This document shows positions 29,295-39,292 of a stretch of DNA of 64,000 nt, piece by piece (the first letter of the stretch is position 1; each line of letters opens with the position of its first letter). Made by a program: the position numbers and the translations under genes. This DNA comes from Spirochaetia bacterium (GTDB lineage Bacteria > Spirochaetota > Spirochaetia > SZUA-6 > Bin103): assembly GCA_965208575.1 (NCBI GenBank), contig CBDBOV010000003.1:416001-480000 (forward strand). Reading direction: 5' to 3'. The notes under the pieces were generated by a model. That model saw only the letters and a list, made by a program, of their open reading frames with translations, searched no databases and was not told the DNA's origin.

Positions 29295-29670
29295 CCTCGG
29301 TCGCACACGCGAAGGCGGTGATGAGCCAGTCGGGGCCGCCGGCCCGGAAGGCGCGGGATGCACTTGCCGCGCAAAGACTCTTGGAGCCGTCAGGAGAGTC
29401 AGGCCGGTACGGCCTTGCCGAACACGTCAGGGGTAGTCTCGACGCTGCACACCTTGGTCACTCCCGCACTGACCAACCTGACCGCCGTTCAGCGCGCGAC
29501 CATCACGCGGTGCCAAGTACCGCGAAGGCAAGAGGACCTCATGCAGGAGATCGGTCTCTCGCACCGTACATTCTTTCGGCGGCGGTTGCCACGTGTCGAG
29601 GTTGGTCACTGACCATCCGGGGTTGGTCACTGAGGGATCCCACTGCCGTGCGGCAACTTGGTCACTGTCT
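29295..29670 (+). pseudogene. C-terminal remnant of a RecG-C/HTH-type gene (diverged copy of 27440-27530 plus downstream HTH)
   Basis: AKAVMSQSGPPARK..LAAQRLL vs AKAVTGQAGPEARK..LAVQRLL; LMQEIGLSHRTFFRR. Confidence 0.6.
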
Positions 29671-29800
29671 TCTGCTGGCTTGTTCCCGGTACGACTCGCC
29701 GGAGGCGATGTGGATGGCTGAGCGCGAACACCGCTCGCAGGCGAAGCTCTTCCGGACCGAACCGGTTCCCGGCAAGGCCGGCAGCGGAAGACTGTTCGAC

Positions 29801-29911
29801 GACCGGCACCTGTACCTACGACACCTTGTATCTCACGCAGGTCCGGGTGGTGGGCGGAAGGCAAGTGTGCCTGGGAGAGGGGCTGAGTCGAACGCGGACT
29901 GAAGCCGCAGT
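29801..29911 (+). repeat. Imperfect direct repeat, copy 2 (orphan tail of the secreted-protein gene)
   Basis: Encodes TGTCTYDTLYLTQVRVV..CAWERG*; exact blocks 29801-29821 and 29887-29911. Confidence 0.9.
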
Positions 29912-29988
29912 GCCGTAGTAAGTCGCTCTTGGGCAATTACATACGAAATTAACATGGACCGGGTGTCAAAAATGAGCGCCAACGATCA

Positions 29989-30729
29989 CTATTGACGGAC
30001 GATTCGTTCTGAGAGTGGGCGCGTGTCTGGCGCTTTCACTATGTCGAATTTGCTGACCAGCGAAATGTCGTTGGCTACAGCCATTCCAGGTAGAGGAATA
30101 ACATGGAAGGACACAGTTTTATCGTCACGGATTTCTTGGGTTTTGGTAGGATAGCGATACCCGCTGATAGACCCAACTATGACGGGACGGTCCTTAGAGA
30201 TATAGAATACGGGGCCACCGCTCGTACCCGGCGGCGAACCGCTGTCGATGAAATACCCACTACCGTCATCAAATACCGCGCTGATCCGACCGGAGAAGTA
30301 GCACGCATGATCTTTGTAGAATTCCGGGAAACCCATCCAGGCTACGTGCGTAGACGGGACTAACTTGGCATCTGATTCGATAATCTTTACCTGTGGTTCG
30401 GGCAAGCTGGATGCGTTTGCAAACAGAAGCAATGCCGAGTCCCTGTCGGATAGCTTGCTCCGAATCAAGATGACTTCGTCTTCGCTCCCTGCTTGCACAC
30501 ATATCGGTTTTTCATTCCCATGGCGGATGGTGACGGTGAGATTCTTTTCGACAGCATCGGCCACAACATGAAGTGCGGTCGCAACACCTCGAAGATCATC
30601 GGCAGCATGGGAGATAAACCCCGTTCCGAAGCCGTTGGGTGTTTCGATCCTGACTATCTGACGATTGATCTGTATCGCAGCGTTGAACCATTTTGTGTCT
30701 TCGTTCATAAGTGACCTATCTCTTACCAT
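29989..30729 (-). CDS. Trypsin-like serine protease
   Basis: GTGF, TALHV, DSALL, GTSGGPVF triad motifs; visibly lower GC. Confidence 0.85.
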   Translation of the reverse strand: MVRDRSLMNEDTKWFNAAIQINRQIVRIETPNGFGTGFISHAADDLRGVATALHVVADAVEKNLTVTIRHGNEKPICVQAGSEDEVILIRSKLSDRDSALLLFANASSLPEPQVKIIESDAKLVPSTHVAWMGFPEFYKDHACYFSGRISAVFDDGSGYFIDSGSPPGTSGGPVFYISKDRPVIVGSISGYRYPTKTQEIRDDKTVSFHVIPLPGMAVANDISLVSKFDIVKAPDTRPLSERIVRQ

Positions 30730-31027
30730 GGTGGAGAGAGGCGAGTCAATCTGCGTGCTTGGCCCAGGGGCTTAGCCGACTGCAGCGGTTCTCGGTGAGT
30801 GAGAGGGGAAAGACGCAGTTCAGGTGATTTCTGAGGGGGCGAACGAATGACTGTCTTGTAAATCATTACAGTGCAAGAAGTTACATGACTAGACTTTGTT
30901 CACCTGCCTAGCGTGAGTTTCCTAGTTATTGCGGGTGGCTGGCAGTCTGAGTAGATAAGTCATTTTAGGATAGCAAGTTACTCGCTATCCTGTCGGACGG
31001 GGCTTGTATACACTGACCGTGGTGCTG

Positions 31028-31804
31028 TCAGGGATGGGCGTGTCGGTATACGTCAAGTAGGCGGCACAGTTTGTCTTGCAGGGACGAGCGTTCAGAGAGC
31101 ACGTATTGAGCCCGGTAGCGCCCTCTGGTGGCCGGCTCAGGCGCGGCGTAGAGGTTGACCACTTCGGTCACGCCGCTGAGTTCCGTCAGTAGTTGCTCGA
31201 TGGTAAGGAGTTGTCCGCCGTCGGCCGCCTTGCGTTGCAGCAGCGAACTCAGCAGCAGTGCCAACACACAATAGAACACGTGTACGCGCAGCTTCTGATC
31301 GGTCCAGTGGAAGGTCGGCGAGAAGCTCACCCAGTGGGGATTCTTCATCTGCTTGAACGCCCGCTCCACGTGATGTTGAGCGCGGCTGGCCAAGATGATC
31401 TCCTGGTCGCTCCACGACTCGTTGTCGGTGCACAGGATGCGTTTGCCCAAGCGCCGGCGTTGCAAGCGCTGGTACGCTGCCCAATCGGTGCGAAATCGAA
31501 AACTGAGCACGCCGTCGGATTCGCTGATCTGAACCTTGAGAATCTGCTTTACGTACTGACCCGAGGTGATCGTGTCGAAATGCTTCTGCAAGGATGCTCT
31601 GCTGTAGCCTTTGCCCTTTGCTCCCGGTAGCTGGCTGCGCGCCAGCTTGCTGCGCAAGGCGCGCAACGCGGCGCGCTTCTTGCGCAACGCGTGGTTGATC
31701 CCAGCCAGCTGCCCGTCCAGCAACCGGCGACTGTTGGTGACCACCACGGTGCGGCGCTCACCCCAGATCACCTTGTCGCTGCGGTAAGCGGTCACCCCGG
31801 CCAA
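31028..31804 (-). mobile_element. IS1634-like (IS4 superfamily) transposase, 5'-truncated
   Basis: GKRILCTD, VERAFKQMK, HWTDQKLRVHVFYCVLAL; abuts an unrelated fragment at 31804. Confidence 0.8.
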
Positions 31805-32241
31805 TGGACCGCTTCGGGCGCACTCACTTCTCCGGCGACAACTCGCTGTTCCTGCCGGCGCACTACCTGAAGCAGTTCCACGCCGAGTTCAACGACGACG
31901 CCGCGGCGCTGGCCGCCGAGCTCGGCTTCGAGGACTGGATCCAGATGTTCAACGACCGCCGCGCGCAGGGCTACAACCAGTCGGCGGTGACGGTCGGGCG
32001 CCCGTACATGGACTTTCACGTGCCGGAGGTGGTGGAGAGCAATCGCGTGCTCTTGGTGCGCAACCCCTACTACCACCACGTCGACACGGCCAACAACCAG
32101 CTCCCCTACGCGGACCGGCTGGAGATTACCCACGTTGGCGACAAGCAGCTCTACGACCTGAAGGCATCGGCCGGCGAGGCGGACTTCGTGGCCTATTACA
32201 CCGGCGCTCCGAGCCTGCCCGTGGTTACCACCAACGGCTAG
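31804..32241 (+). pseudogene. Internal fragment of a family-5 ABC solute-binding protein (paralog of about 34147-34563)
   Basis: GRTHFSGDN.LFLPAHY..RNPYYHHVDTANNQLPY; no N- or C-terminus. Confidence 0.85.
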
Positions 32242-32449
32242 TCGCCTACGGCGACATCCGATGCTCCCTCGGAGGCTGCTACCGAATGACCCGCCGCTAC
32301 CGATAGGACTACTTTCTGTCGCCGGGAGCGCCGTGTGGTGCACCCCGGGCGGGTTGATCGTCGAATCAGGGCGCTTGGCACCGAACGGACAGCATCATGC
32401 TCTGCCTGCGCGACGTCAGGTGCACCACTTTCTGCGCCGCCACGTCGCC

Positions 32450-32780
32450 GATACGGCATGGGCGTTGCGCTGGGCGACTACGACCGCGACGGCTTCACCG
32501 ACTTCTATGTCACCAACATCGACGACGCGGGTGCGGCTCAGGAACAACGGCGACGGCACCTTCAGCGCCCGCGCCTGCGCCCGCGCCGCCGGCGTGGGGC
32601 GGGGCAGGATCGGCGTCCACGAGGGCAACTCGGTCGGCTGGGCACGGCGTTCCTCGACTACGACAACGACGCCGACCAGGACCTGTACCTGGCCGCCGGC
32701 TACCTCGACACCGACCAGGACACCAACCCGGTACAACAGCCGAGCGCCCTGTTCCGCAACGAGGGCGACGGCTCTACACT
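32450..32780 (+). pseudogene. FG-GAP/CRTAC1-ASPIC-like repeat protein fragment
   Basis: GMGVALGDYDRDG..DFYVTN, NNGDGTF, GTAFLDYDNDADQDLY, LFRNEGDG across frameshifts. Confidence 0.75.
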
Positions 32781-32784
32781 CGTG

Positions 32785-33123
32785 TCACGCCGAATCAAGT
32801 GCTTCGACGGTGAGACGTCCCGTTCGCTCTGAATGAGACTCGCGGATTACGATATCCACGTCGCGCCCGAGCGCCATCAGGAGTCGCAGGAGCCGCTCCA
32901 TGGAGTACTCCCTGAAGCTCCCTCGCAGCAGGCGCGACACATCGGGTTGAGACAGACCGAGCAACTTCGCCGCCTCTACCTGCTTCAGGCCGCGCTGGCG
33001 AATGATCTTGTCGATCCGTGTTACCAGTTCGGCTTTGAGAAGGTGCGCATCGGCATCCGGGAGCCCCAGGTCGGCGAATACGTTCCCGCTGCCACGTTCG
33101 ATCTTCACGTTGTCGGTCGCCAT
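32785..33123 (-). CDS. XRE/HigA-type antitoxin
   Basis: GSGNVFADLGLPDA..LKAEL..GLKQVEAAKLLGLSQPDVSRLLRG. Confidence 0.88.
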   Translation of the reverse strand: MATDNVKIERGSGNVFADLGLPDADAHLLKAELVTRIDKIIRQRGLKQVEAAKLLGLSQPDVSRLLRGSFREYSMERLLRLLMALGRDVDIVIRESHSERTGRLTVEALDSA

Positions 33124-33127
33124 CGAT

Positions 33128-33297
33128 CTACCCTCCGCCGCCGAAGGCCCGCAGCGACTTGACGTCCCCGTGCCTGAGCCGATCTGGGCCTGATAGAGCG
33201 CGTAGCCGACCACGCCCCGCACGGCGTCCGGAAAGCTCCTGAGATCTGTCCTGGTGGAGCCGATCCACTCGACGGGTCTGGGTGCGTCGGCGACCAC
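33128..33297 (-). pseudogene. HigB (Gp49-like) toxin remnant
   Basis: RPVEWIGSTRTDLRSFP..GYALYQAQIG, frameshift to H.DVKSLRAFGG, then deleted. Confidence 0.8.
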
Positions 33298-33585
33298 GCC
33301 AAATTATAGTGATTCCGCCATGTACGCGCAATCCGTTTCTTGCAGCACGAAGTAGCGGTCTCCTCCGCCAGGGGGCTGGTGGCAGCTTCGACTTCACGCC
33401 ACACGTGTCGAACGGCGGCCTGATGCCGCAGTCGACCGCTCTTGCGTGCCGAATGCGCCCGGATGGTCGGCGGGGACGGCGGTTGTTGTTCGCTTGCCGA
33501 GCGTGCGGGGTTGGGGGTAGGCTGCCCCGGCAAATCGACGGGCGGGCCGCGGGGCGGGCCGCTCACGCACAAGAAAGGAGTAGTT

Positions 33586-35500
33586 ATGAGAGTTACCGCG
33601 ATGCGGACAGTGGGTGCCGTGCTGGCGCTGTTGGGGCTGGCCGGGGGCGCCGCCTGGGCGCAGATGTACAACGAGGCGCCGATGCTGGCGGCGATGGTCA
33701 GGGCAGGGGAGTTGCCGCCGGTGGACGAGCGGCTGCCGGCCAATCCGCTGGTGGTGGAGCCGTTCGACTCGATCGGCACCTACGGCGGCACCCTGCGCAT
33801 GATGGACGTGTCGGACCGCATGTCGATCGGCCTGCGCGTGCGCCACACCGGCCTGTTCCGCTACAACCAGACCGCCAGCGCCTTCGAGCCCGACCTGGCC
33901 GAGAGCCACGCCTGGTCGAACAACAACCGCACCCTCACCCTGAAGCTGCGCGAGGGGCTGCGCTGGTCGGATGGCGAGCCGTTCACGACGGCCGACATGC
34001 TGTTCAAGTGGGAGCAGGACATGCTCAACGAGGATCTCACCTCCAGCCTCGATCCGTTCTACACGCTCGGCGGCGAGCGCGCGGTCTGGGAGGCGATTGA
34101 CGATTCCACGCTGAGCATCACCTGGGCCGCTCCCAACCCGGTGGCCATGGACCGCTACGGGCGCACCCACTTTTCCGGCGACAACGTGCTGTTCCTGCCG
34201 GCGCACTACATGGAGCAGTTTCACGCCGGCTTCAACGACGACGCCGCGGCGCTGGCCGCCGAGAAGGGGTACGAGGACTGGCAGCAGATGTTCCGGGCGC
34301 ACGGCACCCAGGGCTACACCCAGTCGGCGGTGATCATCGGCCGCCCCTACCTGGACATGCACACGCCGGAGGTGGTGGAGAGCGACCGCGTGCAACTGGT
34401 GCGCAACCCCTACTACCACCACGTCGACACGGCCAACAACCAGCTTCCCTACATCGACCGGTTCGAGGTGAGGCACGTCGGGGACCTGGACCTGTACGAC
34501 CTGAAGGCGTCGGCGGGCGAGGTCGACTTCGCCGCCTACTACACCTCGGCACCGAGCCTGCCCACCTACCGCGCCGGCGAGCAGCAGGGCGACTACCAGA
34601 CGATCATCGCGCAGTCGCTGCGCACCGCCGAGCTGGTGCTGTTCCTGAACCAGAACATCGAGGATCCGGTGCTGAACGAGCTGTTCGGCAACCTGGACTT
34701 CCGCGTCGGCCTGTCGGTGGCCCTGAACCGCCCGCAGATGAACGACATCGTGTTCTTCGGGCATGGGCGACGCGCATCCGGCGACGCCGCTGAACACCAT
34801 GGAGTTCTTCGATCACGCCTGGTACAACGACAACCTGTCCTACGATCCGGAGCGCGCCAACCGGCTGCTCGACTCGGTGGGCCTGACCGCCCGCGACGGC
34901 GACGGCTTCCGCCTGCGCCCCGACGACGGCAGCCGGCTCAGCCTGGTGATCGAGATCGGCGTGCTGGAGGGTCCGAAGCAGGCGATCTGCGAGCTGATCG
35001 CCAACGACTGGCGGCAGGTGGGCGTCGACGGCGCCTGCAAGGTGATCGACGGTGCGCTGCTCAGGGAACGGCTGGACACCAACCAGACGGCGATCTCGAC
35101 CTGGCACCTGGGGCGCACCACGCTGCTCGGCCGCGGCACACCCGACCAGTTCGCGTTCGAACGCTGCGCCGCCAATAACTGGGGGCGGCAGTGGTGCTTC
35201 TGGTTCGTGTCCGGCGGCGACGCCGGCATCGAGCCGCCCGACCACATCAAGGCGCTCAACGAGCGCTGGCAGTCGTTCAAGCAGGCCGCCACCGGCACGC
35301 CGGAAGCGGTCGAGCTCGGCAAGGACTACTTCGTGTTCTTCGCCGACGAGCTGCCGATGATCCCGACCATCGGCCTGGCGCCGCACCCGGTGGTGATCCA
35401 CAACCGCCTGCGGAACGTTCCCAAGGACAACATCTTCTGGGGCTCGGACACCAACTTCTACGCCCCGTACAAGCCGGAACAGTGGTATATCGCCGAGTAG
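33586..35500 (+). CDS. Family-5 ABC solute-binding protein, split by a +1 frameshift near 34760
   Basis: AAGGAG SD, signal peptide, YNEAPML..GELPPVDERLP, RWSDGEPFT; removing one G restores FFGMGDAHP. Confidence 0.85.
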
Positions 35501-35509
35501 CGCAATTCC

Positions 35510-35541
35510 ATGGCGTGATCCCGCACCGCGGGAGGCGCCAT
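35510..35541 (+). terminator. Intercistronic stem-loop after the SBP gene
   Basis: ATGGCG..TCCCGC-ACC-GCGGGA..CGCCAT. Confidence 0.45.
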
Positions 35542-35611
35542 TTGCCGCACTGACATCCGGGGAGAGTGGGCGGCGGCCGTGCCGTTCATTCTCCCCTTTC
35601 TCGTCACGCAC

Positions 35612-36607
35612 ATGAACTACACCTCGTATCTGCTGCGCCGCCTGCTCTACATGGTGGTGACGCTTGCCGTCATCAGCGTGCTGATCTACATCGTGATCCA
35701 GTTGCCGCCGGGCGACGCCGTGGACACCATCGTCGCGCAACGGGAGTCGGAGGGCGACGTGATCACCGAGGCCGAGGAGCTGGAATTGCGCCGCCAGTAC
35801 GGCCTCGACCGCCCGCTGGTGGTGCAGTACGCCGATTGGGTGGTCGAGTTCCTGTCCGGCGAGATGGGGCGCTCGATCCGCGGCGTGCCGGTGAACGACC
35901 TGATCGCCGAACGGCTCGGCGGCACCATCATGCTGTCGCTGATCAGCATCCTGTTCACCTACCTGGTGGCAATCCCGATCGGCATCTACAGCGCCACCCA
36001 CCAGTACAGCCTGGCCGACTACGGCCTCACCACCCTGGGCTTCATCGGCCTGGCGACGCCCAACTTCCTGCTCGGGCTGATCCTGCTGTACGTGTTCTAC
36101 AAGTTCTTCGGACTCAGCATCGGCGGCTTCTATACGCCCGGCATGGAGGAGCAGCCGTGGAGCATGGCCAAGCTGTTCGACCTGATCGGCCACCTGTGGA
36201 TACCGGTGATCGTGATCGGCACCGCCGCCACCGCCGGCACCATCCGGGTGATGCGCGGCACGCTGCTGGACGAGCTGGGCAAGCAGTACGTGATCACGGC
36301 GCGCGCCAAGGGGCTCGCGGAACCGCGCGTGATCTTCAAGTACCCGGTGCGGCTGGCGCTGAACCCGATGGTCAGCGGGGTGGGCAACGTCCTGCCGGAG
36401 CTGATCAGCGGCGAGACCATCGTGGCCATCGTGCTCGGCCTGCCGACGCTCGGTCCGCTGATGTACGCCGCCGTACGCACCCAGGACATCAACCTGTCTG
36501 GCAGCGTGCTGCTGGTGATCAGCGCGCTGGCCGTGATCGGGGTGCTGATCTCGGACATCCTGCTGGTGGTCGTGGACCCGCGCATCTCCTACGAGCGCAA
36601 GGGCTGA
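35612..36607 (+). CDS. ABC permease (DppB/OppB-like)
   Basis: IQLPPGD, YGLD.P, YVITARAKGL, VDPRI. Confidence 0.9.
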   Translation: MNYTSYLLRRLLYMVVTLAVISVLIYIVIQLPPGDAVDTIVAQRESEGDVITEAEELELRRQYGLDRPLVVQYADWVVEFLSGEMGRSIRGVPVNDLIAERLGGTIMLSLISILFTYLVAIPIGIYSATHQYSLADYGLTTLGFIGLATPNFLLGLILLYVFYKFFGLSIGGFYTPGMEEQPWSMAKLFDLIGHLWIPVIVIGTAATAGTIRVMRGTLLDELGKQYVITARAKGLAEPRVIFKYPVRLALNPMVSGVGNVLPELISGETIVAIVLGLPTLGPLMYAAVRTQDINLSGSVLLVISALAVIGVLISDILLVVVDPRISYERKG

Positions 36608-36608
36608 C

Positions 36609-37760
36609 ATGGCGACCGACCGCGCCCCTGCCGTGAACCGCGCCGAAGCGCAAACCACCAGTGCGGAGGAGCGCTACTACATCGCCTCGCAGCGGCAGTT
36701 GATGTGGCGCAAGTTCCGCAAGCACCGCATGGCGGTGATCGCCGGCGCCATCCTGCTGCTCGCCTACCTGGTGGCCTTCACCTATGAGTTCTGCGCCCCC
36801 TACGGTTCGCTGACCCAGCATGAAGGCTACGTGCACGCGCCGCCGACGCGCATCCGCCTGATCGATGCCGACGGGCGCCTGCGCGGGCCGTTCGTGTACG
36901 GCCTCACCGGGCAGGTGAACCTGGAGACCTTTCAGCGCGAGTTCGTGGAGGACCAGGCGGTGATCCATCCGCTGCGTTTCCTGGCCCGTGGCGAGCCGTA
37001 CCGCTTCTGGGGTTCGCTCGACGGCGACCTGCACCTGTTCGACGCCGGCGACGGGCGGGTGTTCCTCCTGGGCACCGACGAACTCGGCCGCGACCTGTTC
37101 TCACGCATCCTGGCCGGCAGCCGGGTGAGCCTGACCATCGGCCTGGTGGGGGTGATGATCAGCTTCGTGCTCGGCTGCCTGCTCGGCGGCATCTCCGGCT
37201 ACTTCGGCGGCCTGCCCGACCTGCTCATCCAGCGCCTGATCGAGATCTTCAACTCGATTCCGGGCATCCCGCTGTGGATGGCGTTGAGCGCCGTGATCCC
37301 GGTGAACTGGCCGGTGCTGCGCACCTACTTCACCATCACCCTGATCCTGTCGGTGCTCGGCTGGACCGGGGTGGCGCGCGTGGTGCGCGGCAAGCTGTTG
37401 GAACTGCGCGAGTACGACTACGTGACCGCCGCCCGGCTGGCCGGCACGCGCGCCGGCACCATCATCGCCACCCACCTCCTGCCCGGCTTCCTGAGCTACC
37501 TGATCGTGCGCCTCACCCTGGCGATCCCCGGCATGATCCTGGGCGAGACGGCGCTCAGCTTCCTGGGGCTCGGCATCCAGCCGCCGGCGGTGAGCTGGGG
37601 AACGCTGCTGCGCGGGGCGCAGAACGTGACCAGCATCGCCATCTATCCGTGGCTGCTGACCCCGGCGCTGTTCGTGATCGTGGCGGTACTGCTGTACAAC
37701 TTCGTCGGCGACGGGCTGCGCGATGCCGCCGACCCCTATGCCATGAGCGGCCGCGGCTAG
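36609..37760 (+). CDS. ABC permease (DppC/OppC-like)
   Basis: LGTDELGRDLFSR, ETALSFLGLG, GDGLRDAADP. Confidence 0.9.
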   Translation: MATDRAPAVNRAEAQTTSAEERYYIASQRQLMWRKFRKHRMAVIAGAILLLAYLVAFTYEFCAPYGSLTQHEGYVHAPPTRIRLIDADGRLRGPFVYGLTGQVNLETFQREFVEDQAVIHPLRFLARGEPYRFWGSLDGDLHLFDAGDGRVFLLGTDELGRDLFSRILAGSRVSLTIGLVGVMISFVLGCLLGGISGYFGGLPDLLIQRLIEIFNSIPGIPLWMALSAVIPVNWPVLRTYFTITLILSVLGWTGVARVVRGKLLELREYDYVTAARLAGTRAGTIIATHLLPGFLSYLIVRLTLAIPGMILGETALSFLGLGIQPPAVSWGTLLRGAQNVTSIAIYPWLLTPALFVIVAVLLYNFVGDGLRDAADPYAMSGRG

Positions 37761-37865
37761 TGGACGGTAGCCGGCGCGCGTGCGCCACCAGATGCTGGCG
37801 CGCATGATCCGCCTGACCCACTACAGCCACCTGAAGGAGCGCATCAACTTCCAGCAGGTGCGGGT

Positions 37866-37985
37866 GTGAGCCGGCCGCGGAGCGCGCCCAACGTCGTGCT
37901 CATCCTGACCGACGACCAAGGCTACGGCGACCTGGAGCGGTGGTTCGACGCCGTGGAGGCGGATCGCCGGCGCATCGCGTGGTGA
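37866..37985 (+). pseudogene. Sulfatase with in-frame internal deletion (39 aa)
   Basis: MSRPRSAPNVVLILTDDQGYGDL joined to ERWFDAVEADRRRIAW*. Confidence 0.8.
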
Positions 37986-38169
37986 GCCACCGCCTGCCGG
38001 CGGGGCGGGTGGGGTTCATTCGGCGCCGGCGGGATCGGCAGTCACGGGCGTGGCCCGATCATAGCGCGCCGCCGGCGCTCGGGCGAGCACGCCAGGGGCA
38101 GCCTTGCCGTCGCCGGTTGACCGCCACTATGCTGCGCGTGAACGCCATGGGCGGAAAAGGAGGACGGAG

Positions 38170-39231
38170 ATGCAGCGACCGGTTCGCTTGGGGCTGATCG
38201 GCTGCGGCGGCATCGTGCGGATCGCACACGCGCCGGGTTATCAGTCGATCCCCGAACTGGTGCAGGTCACCGCGCTGGCCGATCCGGTCGGCGACAACCT
38301 GCAGCAGGTGGGGCAGATGCTGGCCGTGCCGCCGGAGCGGCGCTACGCCGACCATCGGCAGATGCTGGAGCACGCCGAGTTGGACGCGGTCACCATCGCC
38401 ACGCCGCACCACCTGCACGCCGCGCACGCGATGGACGCGGCGGCTGCGGGCGTGGCCGTGATCTCCGAGAAACCGATGGCCACCTCCGTGGATGAGGCGC
38501 AGCAGGTGCTGGCGGCGGTGGAGCGCCACGGCGTGCCCTACGCGGTGGTGCACAACTTCCTGTTCACCCCGGGCATGGAGCGGGCGCGGGCGCTGCTGGC
38601 CGCGGGCGCCGGCGTGGGGACACCCTTCTTCGGCCGCGCCAAGTCGCTGTTCAACAAGACCGACGATCGCGCCGACCCGCACAACGAATGGCGCGCCTCG
38701 CGCGCGGCCGGGGGCGGCGCCATCAACGACACCGCCTACCACGAGATCTACCTGCTGGAGACGCTGGTCGGCTCGCCGGTGCGCTACGTGGAGGCGCGCG
38801 TGGCCACTCAGCACTTCGCCTTCGACGTGGACGACCTGGCGCTGCTGCTGCTGGAGCACGAGGGGGGCGCCCTGTCCACGGTGGCCACCTCCTGGTGCGT
38901 CCCCGGCGGCGACGCCGGCGAGAGCGCCAACCTGGCCGAGGCGCAGGGCCCGGCGGGCGGGGTGCGCGTGATGCGCCGCGGCCGCGGACTGTGGCAGTAT
39001 GCGCGCGATACCCGGCAGTGGTGGGAGGTGGCGCTGCCGCCGCAGCCGGCGTGGGCGGAAAGCGGCCATGGGCGCTACTTCGCCGCCACCTTCGAGGCCC
39101 TGGCCGCGGGCGCGCCGCCCCCGATCGGCGGCGAGCTGGCCTTGCACAACCTGCGCATCGTCGCCGCTGCCCGCCGCGCCAGCGCCGAACGCCGCGCCGT
39201 CGAGCTGCCGCCGCCGGACGCCGCCGGCTAA
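38170..39231 (+). CDS. Gfo/Idh/MocA oxidoreductase (copy 1)
   Basis: GLIGCGG, IATPHHLH, EKPMA, GGGAIND..YH. Confidence 0.92.
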   Translation: MQRPVRLGLIGCGGIVRIAHAPGYQSIPELVQVTALADPVGDNLQQVGQMLAVPPERRYADHRQMLEHAELDAVTIATPHHLHAAHAMDAAAAGVAVISEKPMATSVDEAQQVLAAVERHGVPYAVVHNFLFTPGMERARALLAAGAGVGTPFFGRAKSLFNKTDDRADPHNEWRASRAAGGGAINDTAYHEIYLLETLVGSPVRYVEARVATQHFAFDVDDLALLLLEHEGGALSTVATSWCVPGGDAGESANLAEAQGPAGGVRVMRRGRGLWQYARDTRQWWEVALPPQPAWAESGHGRYFAATFEALAAGAPPPIGGELALHNLRIVAAARRASAERRAVELPPPDAAG

Positions 39232-39292
39232 GCGGAACACCCGGCACGCGACCCCCGAGCAACCGAGCAACCGAGCTTCAAGGAGGAGCACC

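Noticed and set aside
29454-29668. Four TTGGTCACT repeats as CRISPR or iterons
   Set aside because: Too short and irregularly spaced, no cas or rep gene; probably LVT-coding linker repeats in a pseudogene
30850-31027. AT-rich stretch as the IS terminal inverted repeat
   Set aside because: The other IS end is deleted, so no partner repeat or target duplication can be verified
32785-33297. 170-aa HigB-HigA fusion as a novel protein
   Set aside because: Explained by frameshift plus deletion of higB; the linker is out-of-frame toxin sequence
17857-33297. Integron cassette array or prophage explanation for the TA cluster
   Set aside because: No integrase, no repeated attC-like palindromes, mixed orientations, no phage structural genes
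39254-39276. CCGAGCAA tandem repeat (also in copy 2)
   Set aside because: Under three units and the same length in both copies; no sign of phase variation
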